A stretch of DNA of 64,000 bases from Octopus vulgaris (GCA_951406725.2 OX597815.1:191766001-191830000), one strand, 5' to 3'; counted from the stretch's first letter, positions 40,336 to 54,213 are shown. Numbers and translations are program-made. The notes: generated by a model from the sequence alone, not told the origin.

Positions 40336-40382
<47 letters not shown>

Positions 40383-40384
<2 letters not shown>

Positions 40385-41073
40385 TCTCTCTTTTTACTCT
40401 TTTACTTGTTTCAGTCATTTGACTGCGGCCATGCTGGAGCACCGCCTTTAGTCGAGCAAATCGACCCCGGGACTTATTCTTTGTAAGCCCAGTACTTATT
40501 CTATCGGTCTCTTTTGCCGAACCGCTAAGTGACAGGGACATAAACACACCAGCATTGGTTGTCAAGCAATGCTAGGGGGACAAACACAGACACACAAACA
40601 CACACACACATACATATATACGACAGGCTTCTTTCAGTTTCCGTCTACCAAATCCACTCACAAGGCATTGGTCGACTCAGGGCTATAGCAGAAGACACTT
40701 GCCCAAGATGCCATGCAGTGGGACTGAACCCGGAACCATGTGGTTGGTTGCTTACGAACCACATGGTTCTGGGTTCAGTCCCACTGCATGGCACCTTGGG
40801 CAAGTATCTTCTCCTATAGCCTCGGGCAGACCAAAGCATTGTGAGTGGATTTGGTAGACGGAAACTGAAAGAAGCCCGTCGTGTATATGTGTGTGTGTGT
40901 ATATATATATATATGTGTGTGTGTGAGTATATATATATGTGTGTGTGTGAGTATATATATATGTGTGTGTGTGTGAGTATATATATGTGTGTGTGTGTGA
41001 GTATATATGTGTGTGTGTGTGAGTATATATGTGTGTGTGTGTGAGTATATATGTGTGTGTGTGTGTGAGTATG

Positions 41074-41105
<32 letters not shown>

Positions 41106-41345
41106 AGTATATTTGTGTGTGTGTGAGTATATTTGTGTGTCTGTGTTTGTCCCTCCAACATTGCTTGACAAGCAATGCCGGTGTGTTTACATCCCCGTAA
41201 CTTAGCTGTTCGGCAAAAGAGACCGATAGAATAAGTACTGGGCTTACAAAGAAAACGTCCTGGGGGGTCGGCTTGCTCGACTTAAGGCGGTGCTCCAGCA
41301 TGGCCACAATCAAATGACTGAAACAAGTAAAAGGGGTAAAAGAGC
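40383..41345. mobile_element. Fused head-to-head family A SINE pair
   Basis: The minus copy ends near 40748 and the plus copy begins immediately. The plus copy has an internal GTGTGAGTATAT tract of about 260 bp. Confidence 0.9.
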
Positions 41346-41759
41346 AAAGAATCCCCAAATAGAGATGAAACTAGTTTGAACAATGTCAAGCGTTTACAGC
41401 TGTTGACATTTTATAACAAGACTAAGAAAAGCAAGTAAGCTTTACATTAAATTTTCAGATCATCTAGTAAACTCTGTGTAATGCAGCATTAATGAATTAT
41501 TAAAGAATAACGACCTTTAAATATATATGAACAGAAGGTCATATTGCATTATGTGCTACGCCCTTTCCTTATAATGTTGTAGATAAGATATTAAGTATTG
41601 ACATACAGATTGCAAACATCTTGAAAATTATGGTTCTATTGAGTAAGACTTCCTATAAAGTCGTTTAAAGGCTGCTTTGCAAGAAGTAATGATAGCTGTT
41701 TATTTTAGGATTTAACTGTGATAAAATCCAGATAGGCACAGGAGTGGCTGTGTGGTAAG

Positions 41760-41860
41760 TGATTCTATTGGTTTCATTTGCCAAACTGCTAAGTTATTGG
41801 GGATATAAACACACCAGCACCAGTTGTCAAACGGAGCTGGTGGGGGACAAACACAGACAT

Positions 41861-41903
<43 letters not shown>

Positions 41904-42046
41904 AAGGGCTACTTTCAATTTCTGTCTACCAGATCCACTCACATGTTACAGTAGAAGACACTTGCCCAAGGTGCCACACAGTGGGACTGAACCCAGAACC
42001 ATATGGTTGGGAAGCAAGCTTCTTACCACACAGCTACGTCTGTGCC

Positions 42047-42080
<34 letters not shown>

Positions 42081-42485
42081 CCTCAGGAGTGGCTGTGTGG
42101 TAAGTAGCTTGCTTACAAACCACATGGTTCCGGGTTCGGTCCCACTGCGTGGCACCTTGGGCAAGTGTCTTCTACTATAGCCTCGGGCCGACCAAAGCCT
42201 TGTGAGTGGATTTGGTAGACGGAAACTGAAAGAAGCCCGTTATATATATGTATATATATATTTATATGCATGTGTTTGTGTGTCTGTGTTTGTCCCCCCA
42301 GCATTGCTTGACAACCGATGCTGGTGTGTTTATGTCCCCATTACCTAGCGGTTCGGCAAAAGAGACCAATAGAATAAGTACTGGGCTTACAAAAGAATAA
42401 GACCCGGGGTCGAGTTGCTCGATTAAAGGCGGTGCTCCAGCATGGCCGCAGTCAAATGACTGAAACAAGTAAAAGAGTAAAGAGT
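41760..42485. mobile_element. Divergent family A SINE pair
   Basis: Minus copy 41760-42047, plus copy 42080-42485. Confidence 0.85.
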
Positions 42486-42486
42486 A

Positions 42487-42866
42487 TCTCTCTCATATAA
42501 ACGGCAGTTTGTCTGTGCGTGTTTCTGTGTGTCTGTTTGCTTGTACCCTCACCCTGACCACGGCTTTCAACCGATTCTGATGAAACTTGACACACACATA
42601 GCCCAATGTCATAATTCAAAACTAACGCAGTGAAAAGTTTGAAAAGTTCCCCCAGTTCTGAAAAAAATCGATAAATTCGACATGGGGTCGAGAATCAGAA
42701 ACACAAACCGCAAACTGTCTAGGGGACGCAACTCCACCTTTTTTAACAAAAAAAAATTTACCATCATTTTTTTCCATTTTTTTGCTATTTTTTGACAATA
42801 ACTCTCTAAAAATGCTTTATAGTTATTTCCCTTACAAACCTGAGCAACGCCGGGCGATACTGCTAG
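42487..42866 (+). mobile_element. Non-autonomous Helitron, second subfamily
   Basis: A|TC ... CCTGAGCAACGCCGGGCGATACTGCTAG|T. The 3' end is shared with 3522 and 22104. Confidence 0.8.
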
Positions 42867-43053
42867 TATATCACAAAAATATCAACCCCCACCGTCAACC
42901 CCACCACTGCCGTCAATGTGTGCATAATATATATATAAAGAAATACTTATGAAATAAGGATATGATCATAAAAATGATTATATGAGTGGCTGAGCACATA
43001 AAAATGACTGTATAGGTAGCATTAACTTTTTATGTATATAGTTATAAAAATAC

Positions 43054-43261
43054 AATTATAGTTAAGGGCTACTGGAAATGACCATCGCCAATGCTAGAAG
43101 TAGATGTCAAATACCTACAGTCCAGTCTAAAATTTGTTCTCTAATAGACTGACAGCTCAGTCTGCCCCTGTTAGAGATCAAATTTTAGAGTGGATTGGAA
43201 CTATTTGACATCTGCTTCTAGCATTGGCAATGGTCCTTTCCAGTAGCCCTTAACTATAATT
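43054..43261. repeat. Long inverted repeat (arms about 94 bp, loop about 20 bp)
   Basis: AATTATAGTTAAGGGCTACTGGAAA... pairs with ...TTTCCAGTAGCCCTTAACTATAATT. Confidence 0.9.
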
Positions 43262-43291
43262 ATATACATATATAGGTACAGGAGTGGATAC

Positions 43292-43453
43292 AGGCACAGG
43301 AGTGGCTGTGTGGTAAGTAGCTTGCTTACCAAGCTCATGGTTCTGGGTTAGTCCCACTATGTGGTCCCTTGGGCAAGGGTCTTCTACTGTAGCCTTGGGC
43401 CAACCAAAGCCTTGTGAGTGGATTTGGTAGATGGAAACTGAAAGAAGCCTGTC

Positions 43454-43485
<32 letters not shown>

Positions 43486-43686
43486 ATATGTTTGTCTCCC
43501 CACCATCGCTTGACAACTGATGCTGGTGTGTTTACATCCCCTGTAACTTAGCAGTTCGGCAAAAGAGACCGATAGAATAAGTACTAGGCTTAGAAAGAAT
43601 AAGTCCTGAGGTTGATTTGTTCGACTAAAGGAGATGCTCCAGCATGGCCACAGTCAAATGACTGGAAATAAGTAAAAGAATAAAAG
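43292..43686 (+). mobile_element. SINE family A, CpG-decayed
   Basis: Colinear with 8387. Confidence 0.88.
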
Positions 43687-44007
43687 ATTGAGAACATAAA
43701 GAAATAAAATAATTTCCAATAAATAGTAAAAAAACACTAAGCAAAATCCTAAACACAAACAGTCTACATTCATAATTGAGTGAGTGCTTACTTGTAATTA
43801 AAGAAAACTCGGCATTTAATGAACAATTATCTTGCTTCATTGAAATCTTACACCAATGCAAGCAAAGCAATTAGTTTTCCAGTAGCTACTAATAACTACT
43901 TCATGTTAGGTCCCAACCCATATTACTTCCCTGTCCCAGCTTTCTTGTCACATATTCCAGTCGTATTCCATCTACTGTTTTTTTTTCTTTATGTTGACTC
44001 TGCTTAA

Positions 44008-44709
44008 CCCCTTCGTTACTGTATTTATTTTGAGATGCTCTGTGTTTCTTTCAGTTATTTTAAATATAACAAAGAATTTAGTAAAATAACTTAGTTATCA
44101 TTCAGCTAGTGTTTGGAACATAAATTGGGACAAAAGTTTGGTGTAAGATTTTAATTCCAAACTTTTGAAAACAAGACGTTTGTACTACAGAGCCAGAGGC
44201 AGTTTCAGACAGGTTGGTATGAAAAGGGTTAAATTAATCATTTGTTGACCCTTTTGTTACCGTATTTCTGTTGAGATGTTCAGTGTTTCTTTCAATTATT
44301 TCAAATATAACAGAATTTATTGAAATAACTTAGTTATCATTAAGCTAGTGTTAAGAACATAAATTGTGACTAAGGTTTGGTGGAAGATTTTAATTCAGTA
44401 CTTTTGAAAACGAGACATTTGTACTACAGAGCCAGAGGCAGTTTCAGACAGGTTGGTATCAAAAGGGTTAAATTAATCATTTGTTAACCCTTTTGTTATC
44501 ATATTTCTGTTAAGATGCTCTGTGTTTCTTTCAATTAATTTTAAATATAGCAAAGAATTTAGTAAAATAGCTTAGTTATCATTAAGCTGGTGTTAGGAAC
44601 ATAAATTGTGGCTAGGGTTTGGTGGAAGATTTTAATTCAAAACTTTTGAAAACAAGACATTTATACCACAGAGCCAGAGCCGGTTTCAGCCAGGTTGGTA
44701 GTGAAAGGA
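44008..44709. mobile_element. Three tandem piggyBac-type MITEs
   Basis: Units TTAA-CCC...GGG-TTAA at 44008-44228, 44249-44467 and 44488-44709. A solo inverted relative lies at about 50118-50326. Confidence 0.85.
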
Positions 44710-46785
44710 TTAAACTCACTTCTAATTTATTTGAAAGCTTCTAGCCACTTAACTAAGTTGTCTGATTTACTTGGATAATAATGGCTTCAAATTTTGGTGC
44801 AAGGCCAACAATCTTGGGAGAGGGAATAAGTTGGTTACGTCAAACCCAGTACATGACTGAGATTTATTTTTATTGACCCCAAAAGGAGAGAATTTGGACT
44901 CAGAGTATAAAGGCGGATGAAATATTGGAAAGCGTTTTGCCCGGCATGCTAACGATTCTAGGTACAAGGCCTGAAATTTTTTTTTGGGGGGGGGGGGCAG
45001 TTGATTAGATCAACCCCAGTACACAAATGGTACTTAATTTATTGACTCCGAAAGGATGCAAAGCAAAGACAACCTCAGCAGAATTTGACCTCAGAATGTA
45101 AAGACAGAAAAAATACCACTGAGCATTCCATCTGGCATGCCAACGTTTCTGCCAGTTCGCTGCCTTTTACTTAGATCAGTGTTGTTTGTTCCTTCTCAAA
45201 CCATGCCTAGCTCATAAGGGCCACTTTCCTGGTTTTATTGGTGTATAGGTTCCCCACCTGGACAGGTTCCAAATGATTTGGCAAGGTTTTCAGCTGGATG
45301 CCTTTCCTAATGCCAACCACTCCACATATTGTTTAATATCCGCCTTCCATATCTGGCATCAACGATGATGATGATGATGATATATATGTGTATATATTTG
45401 TGTGTATGTGTCTGTTTTTGTCCCTCGCCCCATCACTTGACAACCAATGCTGGTGTGTTTATGTCCTCATAACTTAGCAGTTTGGCAAAAGAAACCGATA
45501 GAATAAATATTAGGCTTACAAAGAATAATCCCTGGTTGATTTGTTTGACTAAAATCCCTTAAGGTGGTGCTCCAGCATGGCTGCAGTCAGATGACTGAAG
45601 CAAAAGAATGAAAGAATGTGTGTGTTCCCTACCACCACTTGATAACCGGTGTTGGTGTGTTTACGTCCCCATAACATAGCAAAAGAAATACATAGAATAA
45701 TTACAGGCTGATCACAGAAGAAAAAAAATGCACTGTGGTTGATTCTTGAAGGTGATGCCACCACTTGACAACCGGTGTTGGTGTGTTTACGTCCCTGTAA
45801 CATAGCAAAAGAAATACATAGAATAAGTTACAGGCTGATACACAGAAGAAAAAAAAATGCACTGTGGTTGATTCTTGAAGGTGATGCCCCAGCATGGCTG
45901 TAGTCCAAAGACTGAAACAAGTAAAAGATAAAAGATATCGAAATGTTACAGTTTGTAAATGGAAGAGGAAAATGATATTGAATGAATATTACATAGTGTG
46001 TTCATGCTTTTATTATTCGCCGAAACTTAGGATTGGTTTAGCTGCTACTCAAGTTTCATGTCCTGTGATCTTTCAGGCAATATAATATATAATTAAGTTA
46101 TAAGCTACAACTACTAACAAGTGAAGTTTTACTCAGTATGAAGTAGGTTCAATGCAAACGATAGATACTATGTCTGTAATCGTATACTTGCATACGAATA
46201 TTATGTATGCTCTCAGAATTACGGGAATCATAACTTGTGGATTTATCTTTGTGTCAAATTTGAAGTTGGATACCATGAAATGTGTATTATACAGCAATGT
46301 TTTGTACAGCAGGAAATTTTCCTTTGGACAATGGTTCTAGTTTCAAATCATCAACAATTCTCTGTGAATTAGAAAGAAGATTCCAGGAGATCGGGTTACT
46401 ATTAAGTGGGACCCCGGCTTTGGTTTCTCTCCCAGTTCCGGAACTTTGGAATCTTAACTGTAATTATGATCTCTTGATGTTGTGCAAGCTAAGTGTCATT
46501 TCTCACTTTAATGTGTTATGTGTGTGTGTGTGTGTGTGTGTGCGTGCATGCTTATATACATCTTAAATGTTCTGACATGTGTGTACTTATCAGACGTGTG
46601 AATATATACATATACATATACATATTTATATAAACATGTATAAATATATATATATATATGTACACACACACCCACACACACACATATACACATGAAATGA
46701 TATACATATTTGTACAAATGTGTGTGCATATATGTATATAAATATATATATATATGTACATATGTATCTCTCTCTCTCTCACTCT

Positions 46786-46820
<35 letters not shown>

Positions 46821-47138
46821 CATACACACACACACACACATATCACACATATATATTTATGAATTGCTTACATTTTCTTTATACATGTGTTGTGTGTGTG
46901 CTTATTTCTATACCCATGTCTACATCCAATGGGAATAACACATATTTGATTAATCTACTTCATTGATAAATGAAACAGATACGTTCATGCGTGCACATGC
47001 TTACATACACACACACACACACACACTCTCACTTGCACATATAAGATTCATGTACGCACATACACAGACACTTATACACACACATACATAGACATACATA
47101 TACATATGTATATGCACAAATACACAATACGATATGTA

Positions 47139-47790
<652 letters not shown>

Positions 47791-48196
47791 TATGTAAGCG
47801 TGTCTTTCTCTGCCATGATATATGTAAATGTACACGCAAATATACATACATGTAGTTGCGTATTTATATTGATGTATTTAAAAGTTTACGGTGTCATAAT
47901 TCAGACACGGTGACTCCATTGCATATAAATTACAGCCATTGCTTATGGGGGCTTCAATGTCTAAGTCTAGAATGGGCCTACATACATACATACAAACATA
48001 CATACGTACGTATGTGCATACATACATACATACACATGCATACGAACACATACATATGTACATACACACATACATATGTACGTACATATATACAGGCACA
48101 CACACACACACAAGCATGCATGAACTAACACTTGTCCACATCTCTCTCTCTCACGCTCTCTCTCTCTCTCTACCTATCTATCAATCTCTTTCTCTT

Positions 48197-48234
<38 letters not shown>

Positions 48235-48261
48235 CATACATATATGTATATATATATACAT

Positions 48262-48292
<31 letters not shown>

Positions 48293-48295
48293 CAT

Positions 48296-48353
<58 letters not shown>

Positions 48354-48424
48354 AAGCAGAAATAGTTTCTGCTAAATCTGTTGGGATCTTCAATTCGAAA
48401 TAGCCTAAATCGTATTCTTCCACC

Positions 48425-48460
48425 ATGTGTCAGCGTTCACCATTTACGTGTGATTTTGCT
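48425..48460 (+). CDS. Candidate first coding exon ([12 protein letters not shown])
   Basis: CCACCATG start context, 12 open codons and a GTAAGT donor at 48461, in a unique island between microsatellites. No homology recognised. Confidence 0.25.
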
Positions 48461-48693
48461 GTAAGTGTTTGTGTGTGTGTGTGTGCCTGTGTACATGTGT
48501 GTTTTTGTGGGTGTGTGTGTGTGTCTGTGCGCCAGCACACTGCATTGAAATGATACAAATACATGTGGTTGACTGGTTTGATGTTTAGACTTTTATGTAA
48601 ATCTTATAGATGTCTTTTATACCTTAAACTGATACAGATACGTGTATTGCTATAGACATTGCTATACAGGTACACATGGATACACACATGTAC

Positions 48694-48740
<47 letters not shown>

Positions 48741-48748
48741 TATATATA

Positions 48749-48947
48749 GTTAATCCAAGCATGAACAACACAACAACACGAGGACGTGGAATAAGTATAG
48801 TGTTATTGGATGCTCAGTAAAGGAAAGAAAGAAGGAGGATTTCATGTTTCGAGCAGAGCTCTTCATCAGAAATATAGAAAAAGGGAAAAAGTCCAAAGAA
48901 GGGAAGATGGAGAAAGAAAATTGCCAATGATACACACGCGGTCACAT
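48749..48947 (-). mobile_element. Hammerhead family 1 element (motif at 48839-48873)
   Basis: AUUU-CUGAUGA-A-GAGC(UCU)GCUC-GAAA-CAUG-AAAU; flanked by TA. Confidence 0.75.
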
Positions 48948-49033
48948 ATTGAAAATATATATATATCTTGTTATTGCTAAAAACTCCTATCTATCTATTT
49001 AATACTGTTCTGTATTTTAGAGATGAAGAATTC

Positions 49034-49378
49034 TGTACATTATTTACATTGGACAGATACGTGTCCTGATCTTTGTTATTATTACTGGCACTGCCTGGAA
49101 TTGAACTCAGAATCTTGGGGTTAGTAGCCCATGCTCTCAACCATTACAGTATATGGCCAAGATTCCGAGTGCAATTCCAAGCAGTGCCTTGAATAAATAA
49201 TAATAATAATAATAATAAAAATAATAACATCTGCAAAAAATACCTTAGGAATGAGAACCCAGGGTCAGGTTCAAAATTCCTCCAGGACACCTGATGAAGG
49301 GTGGAGGACAAATCAGCCGAAAGATTATGGTAACAACAAACAAGATGAGGATGCATATCCATTGAATATAAATAATAT
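49034..49378. mobile_element. Inverted composite element: tRNA-like head, (AAT)n and hammerhead-bearing tail
   Basis: tRNA-like 49087-49157 (minus), partial plus-strand copy 49157-49188, CUGAUGA..GAAA at 49291-49322, and outer inverted arms. Confidence 0.55.
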
Positions 49379-49477
49379 CTATTTATCCATCCACCCTTCC
49401 ATCTAACTATCTATATATATGTGTATGTGTGTGAGAGAGTATGCATGGCCTACTTAGGGTGTTGTACTCATGACTGT

Positions 49478-49617
49478 ATGTAGCTTGCTAACCAACCACA
49501 TGGTTCCAGGTTCAGTCCCACTGTGTGGCACCTTGGACAGGTGTCTTCTACTCTATCCTCGGGTCAACCAAAGCCTTGTGGGTGGATTTGGTAGACAGAA
49601 ACTGAAAGAAGCCCGTC

Positions 49618-49667
<50 letters not shown>

Positions 49668-49865
49668 GTGTGCGTATATGTTTGTGTGTGTGTGTCCCCC
49701 AACATCACTTGACATCGATGCTGGTGTAAACACTTAGCGGTTCGGCAAAAGAGACCGATAGAATAAATACTAATCTTGCAAAGAATAAGTCCTGGGGTTG
49801 ATTCGCTCGACTAAAGGTGGTGCTCCAGCATGGCCGCAGTCAAATGACTGAAACAAATAAAAGAA
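49478..49865 (+). mobile_element. SINE family A
   Basis: Colinear with 8387. Confidence 0.88.
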
Positions 49866-50440
49866 TAACACAATATAATGATGTGTATAATATGGGAACA
49901 TCAGCAACTAACAGCTGATGCTAAGGCACAGAAACAATTGCTGTGATTTGTGATTAAAGCCTGTTCATTCCATCTTGTTTCATAACTTTGTGTATGTTTC
50001 TGTTTATATCATTATACCTAAAACTCATACAGATATATCTTTATATTTAAAGCTATTCTTTTATTCTTTTACATGTTTCAGTCATTTGACTGTGGCCATG
50101 CTGGAGCACTGCCTTAACCTTTTTGATATCAATTCACCTGTGTCTGTCTCTGTTTCTATGAAAGATAACTCGTTTTCTGAAATGATTTAAATTAAAATCT
50201 TCCATCAAAATTTTGTGTTAATACCAGATTAATTATGACTGATTCATTTTACTAAGTCGTTTGTTCTTTCTAAAATTAATTAAAATAATAGCAACATGTT
50301 CCAGGACAAATATGGTAAGAAAAGGACTAAAAAATACTGTAGACAATTGGCATATAAAGTGATGGTTTATGGCTGATGTCAGTAACAATTAATCCCTAAA
50401 AGAATTTGTGGAAGAGTTAAAATAAGTTCAACATAGCCAT

Positions 50441-50603
50441 AGGCGTAGGAGTGGCTGTGTGGTAAGTAGCTTGCTTACGAACCACATGGTTTCAGGTTCA
50501 GTCCCACAACCTGGCATCTTGGGCAAATGTCTTCTACTATAGCCTTGGGCTGACCAAAGCCTTTTGAGTGGATTTGGTAGACGGAAACTGAAAGAAGCCC
50601 ATC

Positions 50604-50649
<46 letters not shown>

Positions 50650-50862
50650 GTGTGTGTATATGTTTGTGTGTTTGTCCCCCCAACGTCGCTTGACAACTGA
50701 TGCTGGTATGGTTACGTCCCTGTGACTTAGCAGTTTGGCAAAAAGAGACCGATAGAATAAGTACTAGGCTTACAAAGAATAAGTCCTGGGGTCGATTTGC
50801 TTGACTAAAAGGCGGTGCTCCAGCATGGCCACAGTCAAATGACTGGAAACAAGTAAAAGAGT
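50441..50862 (+). mobile_element. SINE family A
   Basis: Colinear with 8387. Confidence 0.9.
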
Positions 50863-50915
50863 GTTTGTGAGGGATGAAGAAGCTGCCATTCAGATCCCTG
50901 TTCATCAACTGAGAA

Positions 50916-50946
<31 letters not shown>

Positions 50947-51616
50947 AGAATTTGTTGTTGCCAATATGGTTGTAAGAGAAGCTCTAGAACCGTTTGATTA
51001 ATAATTTGTCTATGGAGCTCATATTTTGTCCGATGTTTTTGGAGTGCCATTACAATGGTAAATAGTTTTTATTCAAAAACACAAAAAAGAGAGAAATTCT
51101 TTCAAAATTGTTCATATTGTAAAATGAAAAGAAGATCCTGTGCAAAACTGCTTCTATCTCGAAACTAAACCTAACAAGTGGTCATTGATAACATTGTTAT
51201 TCCGCATAGCATTAGAGACCGTGTCTATTAGAGAAGATAAAGCAAGAAAATAAAATTCCTTGGAACAAAAGAACCAAAGCTATCTTTTTCCCCGTGGCAG
51301 TGGATTATAATATTTTTGCCAAACTTGGAGGAATGGAAACCAAAATGCTAAAAATGATTAATCTCATGAATGGAAATACAAGAATGAAAAATTTTCTGAC
51401 TTAGTTCACATTGAAGAATTAAACAAAAAAGTATGTTTTGAATTTTAAAAATTAGTTATGAAACAAAAAAAAAAAAGATACAAGACTATGGTTTACTTTG
51501 TTTTAATTATATTTATTGTCGTCGTCGTCATCATCATCATTGTCATTGTCTTCCTGCTCCTCCTCCACCTCTCCTTCCCCACCTCTTTCTCTTCTTTCTC
51601 ACCACTGCCACCACCA

Positions 51617-51840
51617 CCTATTTCTTTACTACCCACAAGGGGCTACACACAGAGGGGACAAACAAGGACAGACAAACGGATTAAGTCGATTACATCGACC
51701 CCAGTGCGTAACTGGTACTTATTTGATCGATCCCGAAAGGACGAAAGGCAAAGTTGACCTTGGCTGAATTTGAACTCAGAATGTAGTGGCAGATGAAATA
51801 CCGCTAAGCATTTCACCTGACCTGCTAATGATTCTGCCAC
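51617..51840 (-). mobile_element. SINE family B monomer, CpG-decayed
   Basis: Reverse complement of the family B unit. Confidence 0.85.
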
Positions 51841-52170
51841 CACCACCATTAGCAGCATCATCATCATCACCATCATCGTTTTCCATGCTTGCATGGGTCA
51901 GGCGGTGTGTGTGTTTATGAGCCTTGTCATATTCTGTGTCACGCTGAATTTCCCTGAGAACTATGTTAAGGGTACACGTCTGTGGAGTACTCAGCCACTT
52001 GCACTTTAATTTCATGAGTAGGCAGTTTGGTTGATCATATCAACTGAATCCCTTGTCATCATAACTGACAGAGCGCTAGGCCTTGGTAACTGCAAGGGCC
52101 TTGGCAACAGGAAGAACATCTGGGCATTGGAAATCTGTCTCAGTAAATTCTGTCTGATCCATGCAAGCAA

Positions 52171-52462
52171 AGTGGCCTAGTGGTTAGAGTAGCAGACTTG
52201 CGGTCGAGGGATCGTGAGTTCGAATCTCGTTCAGGGCGATTTGTGTGTTTATGAGCGAAACACCTAAGCTCCACACAGCCCCAGCAGAAGGCAATGGCAA
52301 ACTTCTACTGACTCTTTCACCAAAACTTTCTCTCACTCTTTCCTCCTGCGTCTTGCAGTTCACCTGCGACGGACTGGCATCCCGTCCAGGTGGGGAACCT
52401 ATACACCAAGGAAACTGGGAAACCGGCCCTTATGAGCCAGGCATGGCTCGAGAAGGAACAAA
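52171..52462 (+). mobile_element. SINE family C with 11-bp TSD, nested in the tail of another retroposon
   Basis: CATGCAAGCAA at 52160-52170 and 52463-52473. Confidence 0.85.
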
Positions 52463-53164
52463 CATGCAAGCAAGGAAAAGTGGACATTAAATTAAATTGA
52501 TGTTTATGTCAATGATGATGATGATGATGATACATCATAATCTTTTAGTTTCCATGTACCAAATCCACTCATAAGGTTTTGGTCAGCCCCACCCTAGAAT
52601 AGAAGACGCTTACCCATGGTGCTTTGGAATGGAACTGAACTCCAAACCACTTCTGTTTATCCAATTTCCAAGTATAATCTTTTTCATGTGTCTCCATCAA
52701 ATCTTTGCACTTTCTTACTCAATCTTTAACATTCTTTGTGTTATTTCCCAAGTCATCCCAACAACAAACAGAATCCCATAATGGCCAAACCAGCTGGTGA
52801 CTGTTGGTTTGAACTGTTCCACTCTCACAGAAAGGGATATTTGTTCCACATTAAAACATTTAAGACGTTTTTCACTCACTCCATGTTGACACTAAGTCCT
52901 TTGAGATTAAAAGAGAACAACAAAATCAGACTGTACGGCTGTCTGTTCTTTGTTTCCTTGTAATCTTTCAAAATTAATTTTCATCTCTGGTAACTATTTC
53001 ACAACCTTTGGTTTTTCTTGTTCTTCCCTAAAACAAATTCTTCTTATAATCCTCATGATTATGATCATCATCATCACTGTCATTATTATTATGAAATCAT
53101 TTTCAAGAGGCAGCAAGAAACGTTAGCACACCGGGCGGAATGCTTACTGCTATTTCGTCTATAC

Positions 53165-53571
53165 TCACTTTACTCCCTTTTTACTCTTTTACTTGTTTCA
53201 GTCATTTGACTTTGGCCATGCTGGAGCACCGCCTTTTAGTCGAGCAAATCGACCCCAGGATATATTCTTTGTAAGCCTAGTACTTATTCTACCATCTATT
53301 TTTGCTGAACTGCTAAGTTACAGGGACGTAAACACACCAGCATTGGTTGTCAAGCAATGTTGGCGGGGGAGAGACAAACACAGACATATATACATATACA
53401 TATATATGACAGGCTTCTTTCAGTTTCCATCTATCAAATCCACTCACAAGGCTTTGGTCGGCCCAAGGCTATAGTAGAAGACACTTGCCGAAGGTGCCAC
53501 TCAGTGGGACTGAACCCAGAACCATGTGGTTGGCAAGCAAGCTACTTACCACACAGCCACTCCTGCGCCTA
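53165..53571 (-). mobile_element. SINE family A
   Basis: Reverse complement of the consensus. Confidence 0.9.
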
Positions 53572-54213
53572 TGTTTGCAATATTTTGGTAACATATTTAC
53601 TTTATTCATCACATGAAAAGCACTGTTCGAACGTTGGACCTCATGGAGGCAGTGACAGGTGACCGAGACCTTTGGTGATATACCATGCTTGTGTCAACCT
53701 GTCAAACCAAATGAGACCATAGTCGTGGTCAATGCTGGTATCAGGCCAATGGCACTCGTGCTGGTGATACATAAAAAGCATTGTTTGAGTGTGATTGTAC
53801 TGAAAGTGTGAAAACTGAAAGAAGCCTGTCGTATATATGTATATGTATATATATGTGTCTGTGTTTGTCCCCTCCCCAACATTGCTTGACAACCGATGCT
53901 GGTGTGTTTATGTAACCGTAACTTAGCAGTTTGGCAAAAATAGACCGGTAGAATAAATACTAGGCTTACAAAGAATATGTCCTGGAGTCGATTTGCTTGA
54001 CTAAAAGGCGGTACTCCAGCATGACAACAGTCAAATGACTGAAACAAGTAATAGAAATTGTGCAGAAGCCTATAACCTAATGTACATATGTGTGTTTGTG
54101 TTTGCATAAATCTGTTTAAATTGGTGTAAATCTTTTAGGGTTTGTAAGCCAGTAGAAGCTAAATAAGGTAAACTTAATCTGGTAATTATTTTATCAATCT
54201 CTGTTGACTGAGC

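Noticed and set aside
48355-48426. Minus-strand [24 protein letters not shown] exon
   Set aside because: It runs into a microsatellite with no GT donor.
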